From: Malacoraja senta
Lineage: Eukaryota
Reading direction: 5' to 3'
Length of the DNA stretch: 64,000 nucleotides
NCBI GenBank assembly: GCA_038087875.1
Contig: CM076000.1
Coordinates: forward strand, 124,001 to 188,000
The notes below the pieces were generated by a model, which worked only from the letters and a program-made list of their open reading frames with translations, did not search any database and was not told the origin of the DNA. Shown one piece after another: positions 1-12,451 of the stretch. Numbering within the stretch: position 1 is the stretch's first letter; every line of letters begins with the position of its first letter. The position numbers and the translations under genes were made by a program.

Positions 1-1361
1 TATGGTTATCTGAATGTCGTATAGTAAAAATTGTAAATGGATGAAAGAATTAACGTGTTAAACCACAAAACTATGGTACAGTTTGACTGGTTAAAGTTCA
101 CTTTCAAGGAAAAAACTGCACGTGTGTGTGAACATAAATAAAAACAGAAAATGTTAGAGATACTCAGCAAGTCAGGCCGCATTTGTGGAGAAAAGAGCAG
201 AGTATACCTGTGTGTCCGTGTAGAGGCCACAATTGTTCAGAAGACAATTGCCTTTGATGCAATCTAAAATGAAAACTAGTGTTTGTCTGATCATAGCTGA
301 TCTGTGTGAGGAGTGTAAGCAGAGGAGGAACAGGGAGCAAGAGACTTATTCAAACACAGCTGTAACTGAAGATCTGAACTTAAAAAATATAACACTGGAA
401 ATACTTGGGCAGCATCTCTGAATGACCTTGCAGCAGAACCTGTGCCAACTTGGCACAGATAGAAAACTGGTTATCTAGAAGCATTGAATTAATTATTGAG
501 TCCTTAGGGCTGCAATAGGGCATGCCTCAAGAGATGATGTAGTGTTGTTTTTTTTAAGTTTGTGTCTGGCTTTGCTAGAATAAAGACACAGAATGGGAAG
601 TTGAATTAAAGTAACAGTCTACAGGAAGCGTGAATTCACTTTTACTGTATGAAGATGTTTACCTGGAAGCCGCAATTAATTTTCAATTTAGTGCGTTGTT
701 CAACGGAAAATTCAAATATGGATTATGGTACCATTTTGCAAAACATTTCCATTCAGTTTGAAGCAATCTAAAATGACCATGAGATTTCACTCTAATTTGT
801 CGTAATGAAGGCCAATGTAGGGTGAAGACCAGTGCCTTATCTTCTCTCCAGGAATGTGGTAACTTTCATGACCTAAACAGATTTCCTGCTTGTTAGACCT
901 GGCCAATTCTGATCTCATTTCTTCCATGTGTAACATAGCTCCCCCCCCCCCCCCCCCCCCCCCCAACAAATGAAATTTGATCATCTGTATTCCAGCAATC
1001 CCTTATTTCGAATCTTCAACACTGCAGTATTCTGTGTCTTTTTGTTCCAGTTTGATCTTTTCCTTTTACTGTCTTTCATTTCCATCTGTTTACAGTCCTC
1101 CAAACAGATTAGGTTTTATTAACAACTCTGACACGTAAATTAATTGTCATCTAGGTCAATTTTTTTCCCCTTTGTTCTTCATCTTAGAAATGTCACTTCT
1201 TAGTTCTGATGAAGGTTTATTGCTGTGAAACGTGAACTCTTTCTTGCCACCAAGGCTACTTAACCTTTTGAGTATCCCTTATGTTTTCTAGTTTGTCATT
1301 ATTATTTGTTGTTAATTTATAAAATGAATTCTAACAAAAAGCTATTGTTTTTTCTTTTTAG

Positions 1362-1386
1362 GTCCTCGGAAGTTTCAATGTTCTGA
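1362..1386 (+). CDS. STAG2: Probable terminal coding exon of a STAG2 (cohesin SA-2)-like gene; upstream exons lie outside the window
   Basis: Branch-point-like CTAAC (1331-1335), polypyrimidine tract and AG acceptor (1360-1361), then GTCCTCGGAAGTTTCAATGTTCTGA. With one base removed this reads VLGVSMF*, the C-terminus I recall for vertebrate STAG2. Followed by a long repeat-free AT-rich UTR. Only 25 nt of coding evidence. Confidence 0.55.
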
Positions 1387-2760
1387 GGAAATGAATGAAT
1401 TGTTTATGAATGAAATGAGAGGTAGTTTTAAGAAATATTTTGGTTATTGCAGTTAAACTATTAAAACTGTACAGATTTTCTCCTTTCAGGAGAATGCTTA
1501 TTGGAGTTGTTCACTGTTCACCTAGATTAAGTGCTTTGAAGAGGCAGTTTGTTGCCTGATAAATTGATATTTTAAGAGACTGTAAAATTATGGAAGCAAG
1601 TTAAATTCCTTCCAGTAGTGCCACTGTATTGTGGTCTCTGATTAAATGAGCTTGGTGTAGTATGTTTGAAAGTTTCTCTAAACAATTATTTGACTTGATA
1701 AAGTTTTGGAATAGGGAACTAAATTTTAAATAAAAATAAAAATATATATATGATTGGTGCTGATTTTATAATTGCGAATCTTGTTCAGTTTTTCATACTT
1801 TGAAATTCCAAACAAAAGGACGAGGTTTAAAAATTATAATAAAAATTAACAGCGTCTAAAATAGCATGGATATTCATGCTTAAGTAATTTTTAAATTTGT
1901 ATTTTATATTTTATTCACATCTGTCTTTGCAAGCAATCTTCAGGTTAAATGAACTACAGCTGGTCATAGTACATTTTGTTTTAATAATGTAAATTAGTTT
2001 GAAGATACTAGTTATCAAGAAAATTACCCATTTATGTTATTCCTTAAATTTGGGTTCATGTTTTTAATTTTTACGGTAAATTTTCTGTCATAATTATAAT
2101 AAAGTTTCTAATAACTCATAGAACGCTTTTCAACATTGTTCTGCAGTACTCTGGCAGCTGGTTATTTTATCAACTCTATGTTGATGTTAACTTATAATAA
2201 AAAAAACAATGTACATGACACTTCTTGCTGGTTGTCTTTCATCTGTTAAGCTGTTTTCTTTAAATCATTCCATGCCTTAAACTGCTTCAGTACATAACCC
2301 CCAAGCCCCCGCCGCTGCATAACTCCAGTTTATTTCAATTGGACAAATATTCAGCTTTATTTGCCAAAAAATAACTTGGCAATTACATCAGATTTTATTA
2401 TTAGTTCATTAGAATGCCATGAAAAATTGGTTGTCTTCTGAAGAATAGTTTGCTTTTGCACACTTTAAAAACATTGCTTATATTTGGCATTACTGCCTTT
2501 ATACCACTGCATTTAAAAAAACTGCTGAGGACTGTATATATGATTTTTAAAAATTAAGTGAAAGCAGACTTTTCTACTTTTAAAAATAATCCGTTTCGTT
2601 GTGAAGACAGTTCTTCAAACTGTATGTTTTCAACCAACTGAAATGTTTTATATTTACCTTATCCTGTTCTCCATATTTTGTTGTTCATTGTACTGTTCTG
2701 ATTTGTATTTATGTCATGAAACAGTAACTTTTTGAATAAAATTTAAACCTAAAAGGTTGT
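1387..2760 (+). other. 3'UTR of the upstream STAG2-like gene
   Basis: About 1.37 kb of AT-rich sequence free of recognisable repeats in an otherwise repeat-dense region, ending at AATAAA followed by GT-rich sequence. Confidence 0.55.
2735..2740 (+). terminator. Polyadenylation signal AATAAA
   Basis: AATAAA at the end of the repeat-free UTR-like block, with upstream TGTA motifs and downstream GGTTGTG. Confidence 0.5.
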
Positions 2761-4314
2761 GCAATGGTATTCATTGTACAGTGCTGTTGCAAATACTGAG
2801 ATGTCTATTGGGCGTAAAAGTAAAACCTACCGCTATATGAAACTCAAGTTTGTATTTGGGTGGAAATATGGAGTGGAGGCACAGGATTAAATATATTATT
2901 GGAAAGCACAGAAGGCTTGGGGGCGCTGTATAGGCTACTCTTGTTTTATGTTATTTCCTACAATAATCTGACTGAATAAGATTGAACTTTCATAATATGA
3001 AATATGCCTTGTTTTGTAAGTTTATGCTGCAAATATAGATCTATCTGAAATAAAATATGTTTAATGTGCTTAAAATTAAATGGACAGTCAGCTACAGTGG
3101 TAGAAAATAAGTCAAAGATTATTTTGCACCTATAGTCATGAAGGCAATCAGAGTAGAGATAGAAAAATATGGGAGATACTAATGTTCCAAAACTTAAAAC
3201 ATTAATAAGCAAAAATTTGTGCATCATAAAATGTCTCGGGAACAGCCTGACCTGAAATGTCACCTATCCATGTTCTCCAGTGAAGTGGGTCACACTGAGT
3301 TGCTCCAGCACTTTGTGTCTTTTCTTGTAAACCAGAATCTGCAGTTCCTTGTTTTTAGACGTGTTGTAAACTTGATTTTTATAGTAATAATCTAAATCCA
3401 CCCTTTTATAAATTTTCTGAGCTTGATTCTTTGTTTCACTCCTTCCTCAGTTTCCTAATCTTCATTGCAGATGCAAATTGTACAAAGTATACAGTTTAAT
3501 CAGAGGTTAATACAAGTTTAACCTTGACCTTCTGCTTAGTTCTATTCCTCCAGAAATAAATCTCACTACTGGAACCTTTGTTGTGTCCTTATACCTTCAT
3601 CATCTACTTTTGGTGATCTGACTGTACCCCTTTGTTAATTTACTGCATACATAACTTTATTATCCAAATAGTATGCAACAACTCACATTTAAAATTGAAA
3701 TTAATTTAACAATTAATTTAATTTAACACAACTTGATTGATGTCTGCTATCGTGTCACCTCTATCCTGCTCAGTTACTAATTTGGTGCTGCCTGCAAATT
3801 GTGAAGTAGCACTTTGAATTTTTGGGTTCGAATCATTCGTGTAAACTAGGAATGCTCGTGTTAGCATCAATCCTCGTTGAAATATTACTGAAATATTACT
3901 CATAGCTTTCCATCCATTTTCTATTTGCCACTTGATTCCAGGTGATATGATTTGAAACCCTGTGGAAAGCCACATCTTCATTGCTGTTATAATCAGTTAT
4001 TTCCCAAATAAATAAAAACGTAGCCAATTTGTAGGTGCACGTTTCAGCACTTTAGAAATAATAATATAACAGAAGTTTGTCCGTGCTGCAATGCAGGGAG
4101 GTTGTTAGCCGGACACAAATTACAGTGACGTAAATGACAAAATAAATGGGCGCCAATTTTTGTTTTAATTCGTGCACATTTCAGTTTTTTAAAAGTAAAG
4201 GCTGGGGTTGACTATTCATTCCCTTGGGCCTGATCTGCCATAAAAAAATCACGTGATTTCTCAGCTCAACGTTATTTTCCTTCCCTGTTTCCATAGCCCC
4301 TGATTCCCCTGGCA

Positions 4315-5177
4315 CAGTGTTTCCCAAAGTGGGGTAGGCAAAATGTCTTCAGTGGGTACGCAGCAATTTTCAGCTATGTACTACTGAAACATAGATTTAT
4401 AATTAGAAAAAAATACTGTGGTCACGAATTATTTTATACATACATATTTGCAAATAAATTATTTATTTTGTATGAATTCCCCCTACTCAAGTTGTGATAG
4501 CTGCTGCATTTGGGTCGTTTGCAGACTCCCGCGCGACAACTCATACATTTTCGTTCAGCCTCACTGGCCCGAATGCTTTGCACTTCACGTGCGTCAGCGA
4601 CAAAGAAAGACTAATCATATGGTCGTGGGTAAATGTTTTAGTTAAGACGGTTAAGTAGATATCAATAAAAGTGCTCAGTTATTTGATAATATCGCGAGTG
4701 TGATGCTAGTTAAAATAGCGGGGAATAGGTTAGTATTACCTTTTCAGTGATATAATTGTTTTAATGATACATAGAACTGTACATAATATAAATATTATAA
4801 ATCTTTTTTCTGACCCGTAAATTCTCAATTATGGATCATTGGTTAAAAACTGGGTGTATAAAACGCACAAAAAACAACTACAGAGCCAAATGTTGTCAAA
4901 ATATTTTCCCAACATAAGCAATTTCATCCTTCACATTGATGATAAATTATTTTAATTAAAATGTTATTTAGTGGATACTTTATTAATTTTATTCTAGTAA
5001 TTATACATTATATATTAGAAAACTTTTGTTTACATGCATACCTTAATCCAAAATAAAAAATATATGCAATTTTTCTCGACTTTTACAATGAAATACGATT
5101 GTTTTTAACGAGGGGTACAAGATGCTTACGAAAATTTACGAAGGGGTACACGGGTATCAAAACCTTGGGAATCACTG
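4315..5177 (+). mobile_element. Non-autonomous hAT (Charlie/Buster-like) DNA transposon, internal-deletion derivative
   Basis: TIRs CAGTGTTTCCCAAAGT / CAGTGATTCCCAAGGT (14/16). Degenerate 8-bp TSD ccctggca / ctctagta. Transposase-like start (MDHWLKTG, 4831) lies next to a C-terminal KQFHPSH* (stop 4937-4939). Confidence 0.8.
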
Positions 5178-5219
5178 CTCTAGTATTTAGAAATATATAA
5201 GGTGTGTTTTGAAGTTATT

Positions 5220-5490
5220 CAATCACCAGGATTGTGCAATGCACTTGCAGAGAGGATTCCGAAGAATCACCACTCTGTGAAGAAATCTCTCTTGCAAGGC
5301 GTACCCTTTATTTTGAGACTGACGCCTTATCCAGAACAGATAAAAGTACAGTGCAGAAATAAATTATTTGGCCATTAATGTCTGTGCCAATCATGGTGCA
5401 AAGTTTAACTGATCTCGTATGCCTGCACATGGTCCATACCCCTCCGTTCGCTACATATCCTAGTACCTATCTTAAATGCCACTTAAAATA
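5220..5490 (-). mobile_element. Degraded CR1 LINE 3' fragments
   Basis: Similar to the reverse complement of other CR1 3' ends in the window; boundaries approximate. Confidence 0.5.
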
Positions 5491-6278
5491 AATCAACCCC
5501 ATATTTGCACTCTAGAATGTTGACAATTCCTCAAAGTATTTTGCATGACATAATGAGGTCACTTGTCACTTCTCATTCTAAACGCCACAGAATAGACATT
5601 TGCCTACTCAATCTCCTCTCTTGCCATCCCAGGAACCTATCTTAGTGGCCTTAACTGAAGTCTCTCCATAGCAAGTACATTGGCCAGGCTGCACATCATT
5701 GTATAAGACAATTGTGTAAATATATAAGACACCCCTGCTCTTAAATAAAAGTGAACAGATAATTTGCTTTCTTAAATGCTTGATGTCAATATCAATATCA
5801 GTTTTATTCGTCACTTGCACGTTTGGTTTCCATGTTTTACAGACAGGGCTATCAAGATCCGGTTCAACATCAATATTTCCCCAAATTTTTAAAACAACTT
5901 TCATGCCAAAGTAGATGTTTGTGTCCCCTTGAATCCTCCCTGTGATTTTATTACCTGCGCACATTCCCATTTGGAAATGTTCCATTTGCCGCCCTCAGCC
6001 ATATTAATACAGATTTTGAATAGTTGAGGCCGGGCAGCGATCTATATTGCCTCACAGACTGCCAATCTGAGAAGGTTTATTTTTTTTGCGTTTTCTATTC
6101 GTTAATCAGCTTTTAATCCACACTAGTGTATTAGCCCCAATTCCAGGCTCGAACCTGTTCAGCAACCTTCTGTGAGAGACCTTATCAGCAGTCTTCTGAA
6201 AATTCAAATTTTCAATTCTGAAAATTGATGGTTCCAAATCTGTTCAAATAGATGCATCCTCAGAACTCCAACTGTTTG

Positions 6279-6585
6279 GTTTTAGAGATACAGCCTGGAA
6301 ACAGGCCCTTCTGCCCACTGAGTCCACACCGACCATCTATCCCCGCACATTAACACTACCCGACACACACACGCGACAATTTTTACACTATACCAAGCCA
6401 ATTAACCTACAAACCTGTACGTCTTTGGAGTTTGGGAGGAAACCGAAGATCTTGGAGAAAACTCATGCAGTCACGGGGAGAACGTACAAACGCTGTACAG
6501 ACAGCACCGATAATCAGGATTGAACCCGGGTTTCAGGTACTGTAAGCACTATAAGGCAGCAACTCTACCGCTGCGCCACCGTGCT
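6279..6585 (-). mobile_element. tRNA-derived V-SINE (HE1-like)
   Basis: Reverse strand shows A box TGGCGCAGCGG, B box GGTTCAATCC, V-domain GGTTTCCTCCCA, a CR1-type tail and TAAAC end. Confidence 0.85.
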
Positions 6586-7717
6586 GACCTTGATTAAGAC
6601 AAATGTGATTTCCCTTTCATAACTGTAATCTCCATTCAATCATTTTCTAAATGTTCTTGGTATATCCTTAAAGATTCCAACATTTTCCAACTGTAATGTC
6701 TTGCCAATAGTGGATGATTTTTGCTACGCTTAAATCTGCTGGTATGTTGACAAGATGGTTATCACAGCATTCGCTGTCTCCACAGACACCTTATTTCAAG
6801 ACCTGGGTCATTTGGTCCTTGGGATTTCAGTTTTCGGGCACATTAAATTCTCTAGTACAACAAAGTGCTGAGGAAACTCAAACTGGGTTTGAGTCAGAAG
6901 AGGGGTCCTAATCTAAATCACCTGTCTAGTTTCTGCATGGTTGCTGCCTGACCCGAGTTCTTCCAGAACTGTGCTGCGTATGATTCCAGCATTTGTAGTT
7001 TCGTGTGTTTCAATTTCTCTAGTAATATTTATTTCTTTACTCAGAATGTATTTTCCAAAAGACAGTTGGTTCTTTAGTATTCCTGTATATGGGATACACA
7101 GGTAAGTCCAGGCCACACAATGTGTTATATTAGCAACTGTTTTTGTTGGATATTGCACAATTCCCACGGTAAAGTCAGTCAAGAAGAAAGTGGAATAGGC
7201 AAACAACGTGAAGAGTAATCCTGCAAATATTTTGCATTCTGGATCCAAGGATGATGATTTTACCTTCCACTTGCACCAATTAGATCTGGGTTTAATATTG
7301 TCATGAGGTACAGTGAAAAGTTTTGTTTTGTTTTCTATCCAAACAGATCAGATATACATAAATACAATCGGGTCAAATTCAAGTACAATAGATTGAGCAA
7401 ATGGGAAGATGGAGTGCAGAATATAGTTCTCAGCATTGTAGAGCATCAGTTCCATAGACGAAGTCCAAGGTTCACAATGGGATAGAGGTGAATAGTAAGA
7501 TTAAACAAGAACTTACCTAAGTTTGAAGTTTGATCTTTATTTTATGAGGAGTAGGTGATTACGTGAAGAACCCCGCCAGTGCGCTTGCGCGTCAATCTTC
7601 AAAGCAGCGGTGTGAAATCACAAAAAACAACAACCGAAGTAATATAGTCTCATAATAAAATGAGTAATACAAGAACTTCCATCTGACCTTTATGATAGAG
7701 GGTAGGGTCGTGGTGGG

Positions 7718-7831
7718 CACGTAATCACCTACGTAACTCCTCATAAAATAAAGATCAAACTTCAAACTTAGGTAAGTTCTCGTTTAATCTTACTATTTTA
7801 CTTTGGAGTCACGTGAGTGACTACGTGAAGA
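7718..7831 (-). repeat. DIRS internal complementary region (ICR)
   Basis: 7718-7797 is the reverse complement of 7491-7565 (one 5-nt indel) and 7795-7831 is the reverse complement of 12209-12245. The halves overlap at ATT 7795-7797. Confidence 0.9.
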
Positions 7832-7999
7832 TTTTAAAGCTTTGTGATTTCATGCCGTGGATCAATCCCGGCTTCTCACTGCATAGATTGACTCGGAACG
7901 AGAATAATCAATCATGCATTCATAATAACATTTGTACCACAAATGCAGTAATTCATTTCAATAATGAAATGAATCAGATCCCCTTTAACCCAGAGGAAT

Positions 8000-8960
8000 T
8001 TACACAGAACTTAAAATAGTTTCTGCAAACAACCCCGCATTAACAATAGGCCGATGGTAAAAATGTTGAAACATCAACTCATTGGACCACCCGGCGGCTG
8101 CGAGGATATGGTCGACGGGGCCGTCTTTTGCCCTGGCCGCCGACGTTTCTGCTGCCCTAGTCGAGTGAGACGTAAAAACATAAGTGTTAATACCAGCAGC
8201 TGTTAAGACTTCTTTTATCCATCTGGAAATAGTCTGTATTGAAACTCTCTTGTGTGGTTTCTTGTGTGTGATCAACAACCCAGTTTCCGTATTCTCAAAT
8301 TTTTTGTGACCTCAATGTATTGTAATAAATATGTCTTAATACAGAGACATGGATCATTTGGATATGCTGCTAGCATAATTTTAAATCCTGTCACACCTGG
8401 CCTAATTTACTTTAGTAGGTCAAAGATATAGAATGTAACCTTGTCTTCAGTTACTTCCATACTGTCTATTTGTAATTTTCCAAGTGTTTGCACTCGTTGT
8501 GCTGTCACTCATGCCATAAGCATGAATACTTTCATACTGAACTTGACCAAAGGTAAAGACACACTTGATGACCATTCACGAAGTAGTTTCAGTACCACAC
8601 TTACATCCCAGATTGTCACGTACCTAGGTTTCGGTGGTTTGGAATTAAAGATTCCTTTCATTAGTCTGGAAACAATTGGGTGTGACCCAATTGAGTTTCT
8701 TTCTGAATTCAGAACCAAATATGAGGACAATGCACTTCTGGCTGAATTGCACTACAACTCAGACCTTCATCATAATAAAGTTTTGACAGAAATTCTAAAC
8801 ATTTGAAATATCTGCAGTACTTTATTGCACATTCTTTTGTACACAGAACTCTTCCCATTTCCTAATATAAGAAAGGTACTGTTTTTGAGTGCTCTTCCTC
8901 CCGGCTGCCGTAAGCATGTCCACAGTATGCTCAGACAGTCCTCGTCCCAGAAAAGGCATT
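8000..8960 (-). pseudogene. DIRS tyrosine recombinase, frameshifted
   Basis: ORF pieces 8509-8730 (HPIVSRLMKGIFNSKPPKPRYVTIWDV) and 8000-8278 (TISRWIK..SHSTRAA..ILAAAGWS..FQHFY) carry the HxxR, W and Y catalytic motifs. Confidence 0.88.
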
Positions 8961-9009
8961 CTTAAAACCTGCAAATCAACAAATCCAAACGATGATATAA
9001 TGGATGTTG

Positions 9010-9357
9010 TTACCCTGTTACAGGGTGCAGCAATAAATTACTCCTTTTTGGGACTTTCATCAACATTTGTGTTGTTAATTCTAATATCAACAGATACCAT
9101 GGCTGTGTAGGCCAATCTGGTACTACCAATACCCTTGAAGCAGTATCTTGCCTGATTTTAAGCAAACATTGGCTTATGAGGCAGAAAGGTGGAAATATAT
9201 ATGAAAACATACCACCCCAATGTAGCGAGAAAGCATCAATCGCCACTGCTCCTGGATCTGGTTTCCATGAGACATATCTCGATAGCTGATGATTCAAGTC
9301 GATGTCGGTTATTCCAAATCTGATTACTATATCATTGAATACCTCTTGATTCAACAT
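9010..9357 (-). pseudogene. DIRS N6-adenine methyltransferase-like domain
   Basis: YVSWKPDPGAVAIDAFSLHW..YIFPPF..VVPDWPTQPWY, typical of the DIRS MT domain downstream of RNase H. Confidence 0.82.
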
Positions 9358-9399
9358 CCATTCTTTATTATCATGGAACTTTTCGTGACCTGGTGTCTG

Positions 9400-10778
9400 C
9401 TATCGTGTTCATTCAACCTGGTAGATAGATAGTTGAAATCCAAATGTTCTTTTCAATACACCAAGACCCAAGTTGATTTAACCATTTTGTCACATGACAC
9501 CGACTTAATTCCACCCATATCATTAATATAGGCAACTACTGTTGTGTTTATTAATTTGAACTTGAACCTTCCTTTTAGTTGTGTTAGAACCATAAGTTTG
9601 GAGTCCATAGAAACCTCCTAAAAGCTCCAAATAGGTAATTCCCCATGTCTGCAGTAACACTAACTTTTCCTGATTCCATCTGCCTCCGCAGCTTCATGTT
9701 AAGTCAGTTGCACCCCATCCTAGTGCACTGGCATCAGTTTGTAATATGGAAGGTTGTTCAATCAGCACTTTGCCTGAACTGCTTGAGACATGTAGAATCC
9801 ACCACTGCAGCTTAGAAACAGCATTTGTTGTTACTTGCATGGTTCTATCAAAATGACCAGCATTTACTCTCAGTGCCTGTTCTTTAATTCTCTGCAGCTG
9901 TTGATAATGTAATGGTCCATACTGGACTGCTGGGAATCTACTAATTTTCCCAGTACTTGAGCCACCTGTCTGATTAGAGGTTTTTGCTCGTTTAACAGAT
10001 TACTGCAATCTTTAATCAACTCCACCCTTTTTTCACTGGGCAAAGTAATTTGCATTTGGGCTAAATCAATTGTGAACCCCAAATAATTAATCGAGGTACA
10101 TGTTTTTAACCTTGATTTCTTTGGATGAATTTAGAAACCCCCAAACTTTCAAAGTTTGATTTTATTACTGCAACCGATGCTTCTGTTGACTGTTTTGTCC
10201 TTCCTATAATCAGGACATCATCCAGGTATGCCATTAGTACATGCCCCTGGCTCTCAGCAACCCCAGAATTGATTTTAACAATTTTATGAATATTCTAGGA
10301 GGGAACGTTAACCCTTTAGGCAGAGCTTTGAACTGCCCTAATTGGTTCATCCATGTAAATTTAAAATACTTCATATCTTGCAAGTGAACAGACACTGAAC
10401 AAAAGGATTCAGACTTGTCAAGTCTATAATAATCCTACATCCTCCATCCTTTTTTGATCGAGGGAATATATTTGACCCAAATTGGTGAATTTGGTAGACT
10501 GATTCTTTAATAACGCCTTTTATATATAGGGTTTTGAAGCGCAACTTGAACCTCCATTACTTCGCAAAGTGGAGAGTTCTGCTAGGAACATGCTGGACAG
10601 GCAAATCATAATTTGGATTGAATTCAATTCGAAATCCTTGTATATTATTCAGAATTACCACATCTGAAGTAATCTTCTTCCAATGTTTATAGAAGAGACG
10701 TAATCTGCCTCCAACTTTTGGACTTAATCCAGTTAGTATGTTCCCCTGAGAACCAGGTCCACCTACTTCTTGAGTCAT
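9400..10778 (-). pseudogene. DIRS reverse transcriptase / RNase H, disrupted
   Basis: VGGRLRLFYKHWKKITSD (ORF 10557-10778), GHVLMAYLDDVLIIG near 10205-10250, ILQTDASALGWGA near 9710-9750; multiple frameshifts. Confidence 0.88.
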
Positions 10779-10887
10779 TTGAGTATTCTGAGATCCCTGG
10801 ATTCTCCCGGAAGCACCACCACTGGTCCTTACTCCCGCTGCAGGCCGCCAGCTACGTCCCTGCGTTGATGAGCGACTTCGTCCTGGT

Positions 10888-12035
10888 CTAGGATCCGTAT
10901 GACGTCTGAAAGGATACTTCCTTTACAGACTTTGCAACCATTGATGTTTTTATCAATCCTGTTTTCGCTTCATCTTCCAACTCTTTAATACGTCTCCCGA
11001 GATCCTCTCCAAAGAGTAAGTTGGGTAATTGTATATTACTTGGTTTGCAGAGTGCTGCGAATTTCAGATTCATAGTAGGCCGTATAGCACTTTCCTCAGA
11101 TAATTGATCTCGAAGTGGGTGCTGCATAGCAACCCGTGCTTGCTGATGCAACTTCGTCATCTTTTGGCTGTTACCTGCTATTCTGGTAAAAGTAGTTATT
11201 CCAGAACCCAGCAGCTTTAATATTCTCTGCAACTGAATCCAGATAATTTGGTTCACTGCTGCTGCTTTCAGCAACCCACAGTTACTTGGGGTCTCCTGCT
11301 TTCTTGCAGCCTCATCCATCTCCTGCTGTTCCAGCTAACGGTAAACCAAGTAATTTATTAAGGAGGCCAGTTCTTCTCCTAATGGCTCTCCTGACCCTGA
11401 CGGGGCAGCGAATCCTACTGCCAGGGGTGGAACATCTGGCAGCTGCCGTTCATCGCCTTGTACAGCCTCACCATCAGAGTCGGGGTCTGAAATCTCATGT
11501 CCCGTAGCACGCTCCTCATTCCTGAGGGTGCATTCCATCAGCCCTGAGCCAGGTGCTGTTAAGCTGCTCCTGCAGCTTGGATTACAGTACACTCCTTCCT
11601 GAGTGAACTTTGCTCCAACAGCCTATGAAAAAGGCTTTCTATTTGGGCAATACGCTCGAAAGCAGTATCTAGCCCTGTACCAGGAGCTGTTTGAGCTGTT
11701 TCCAGCAGCTTGGCTTTCAGTACACTCCTCCCTGAGTGAACTTTGCTCCAACAGCCTATGTAAAAAGCTTTCTATTTGGGCAATACGCTCGAAAGCAGTA
11801 TCTAGCCCTGGAGCTACTTCCATTGCCTGGGACTCCCTCCGTGGGCCGTTGGGATTTAAACTTCGTCTTTTGCCCGACAGGCGCCGACTGTGTTTTCACC
11901 AGCCCCAGGTCCACAGTCGCTATGCTCACCGCTGGCGACTGTACCGGGGTTTAGAGGCGGTTGGTCTCTAACCGCAGACTCCCGACTTCTGTCGGCTGTG
12001 TCGCTCGCCTCTTCCCCCTGTCCGTTTTTTCCATG
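10888..12035 (-). pseudogene. DIRS gag-like ORF1, disrupted
   Basis: Kozak-like GACGCCATGG with ATG at 12035-12033. Fragments include LLFGEDLGRRIKELE. Position upstream of RT. Confidence 0.6.
11541..11809. repeat. ~133-bp tandem duplication inside DIRS gag
   Basis: GTGAACTTTGCTCCAACAGCCTATG..CAGTATCTAGCCCTG occurs at 11603 and again at 11736. Confidence 0.85.
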
Positions 12036-12451
12036 GCGTCTGTGGAAAAAATCCCCATAGACCCACAGTAAACGGACCTGGAAAACATGAAAAAAGTTTC
12101 TACTTACCTTGTAGTTGAAAAACTACAAACCACTGTAGGAGCTCTGCTCCTCACGTCCGTTTGCGTCAAGGCGTCTGACGTAATGACGCGCAGGCGCACT
12201 GGCGGGGTTCTTCACGTAGTCACTCACGTGACTCCGAAGTAAAATCAGACAATATCCGAGCTTATGGTAGGACTGTTCTCAAGCCTGATAAATGGGCAAG
12301 AAGCTGTTCCTGAGTTTGGTAGCGCATTATTTCAAGCTTCTATACCTTCTGCTGGGTGAGCAGGGAGAATGAGGAATTATTGGGGCAGGATAAATCTTTC
12401 ATCATGGCTGCTTTTCCGAGCCAGAGTTGAGTGTACATGAAGTCAATGGAT

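Larger units (their letters stand above)
7491..12245 (-). mobile_element. Full-length, degenerate DIRS1-like tyrosine-recombinase retrotransposon (~4.75 kb)
   Basis: Inverted repeats 7555-7594 / 12184-12223 (38/40). An internal complementary region matches both termini. Minus-strand order gag, RT (YLDD), RNase H (TDAS..GWG), methyltransferase-like (FPPF), tyrosine recombinase (HSTR..GW..Y). AAT at both ends; no conventional TSD. Confidence 0.93.

Noticed and set aside
941..964. 24-nt C homopolymer giving a poly-Gly ORF
   Set aside because: Simple intronic homopolymer with no coding support.
9010..9357. Bacterial or phage DNA methyltransferase and integrase as contamination or gene transfer
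   Set aside because: Both domains are standard parts of DIRS1-like retrotransposons and lie within the element's termini.
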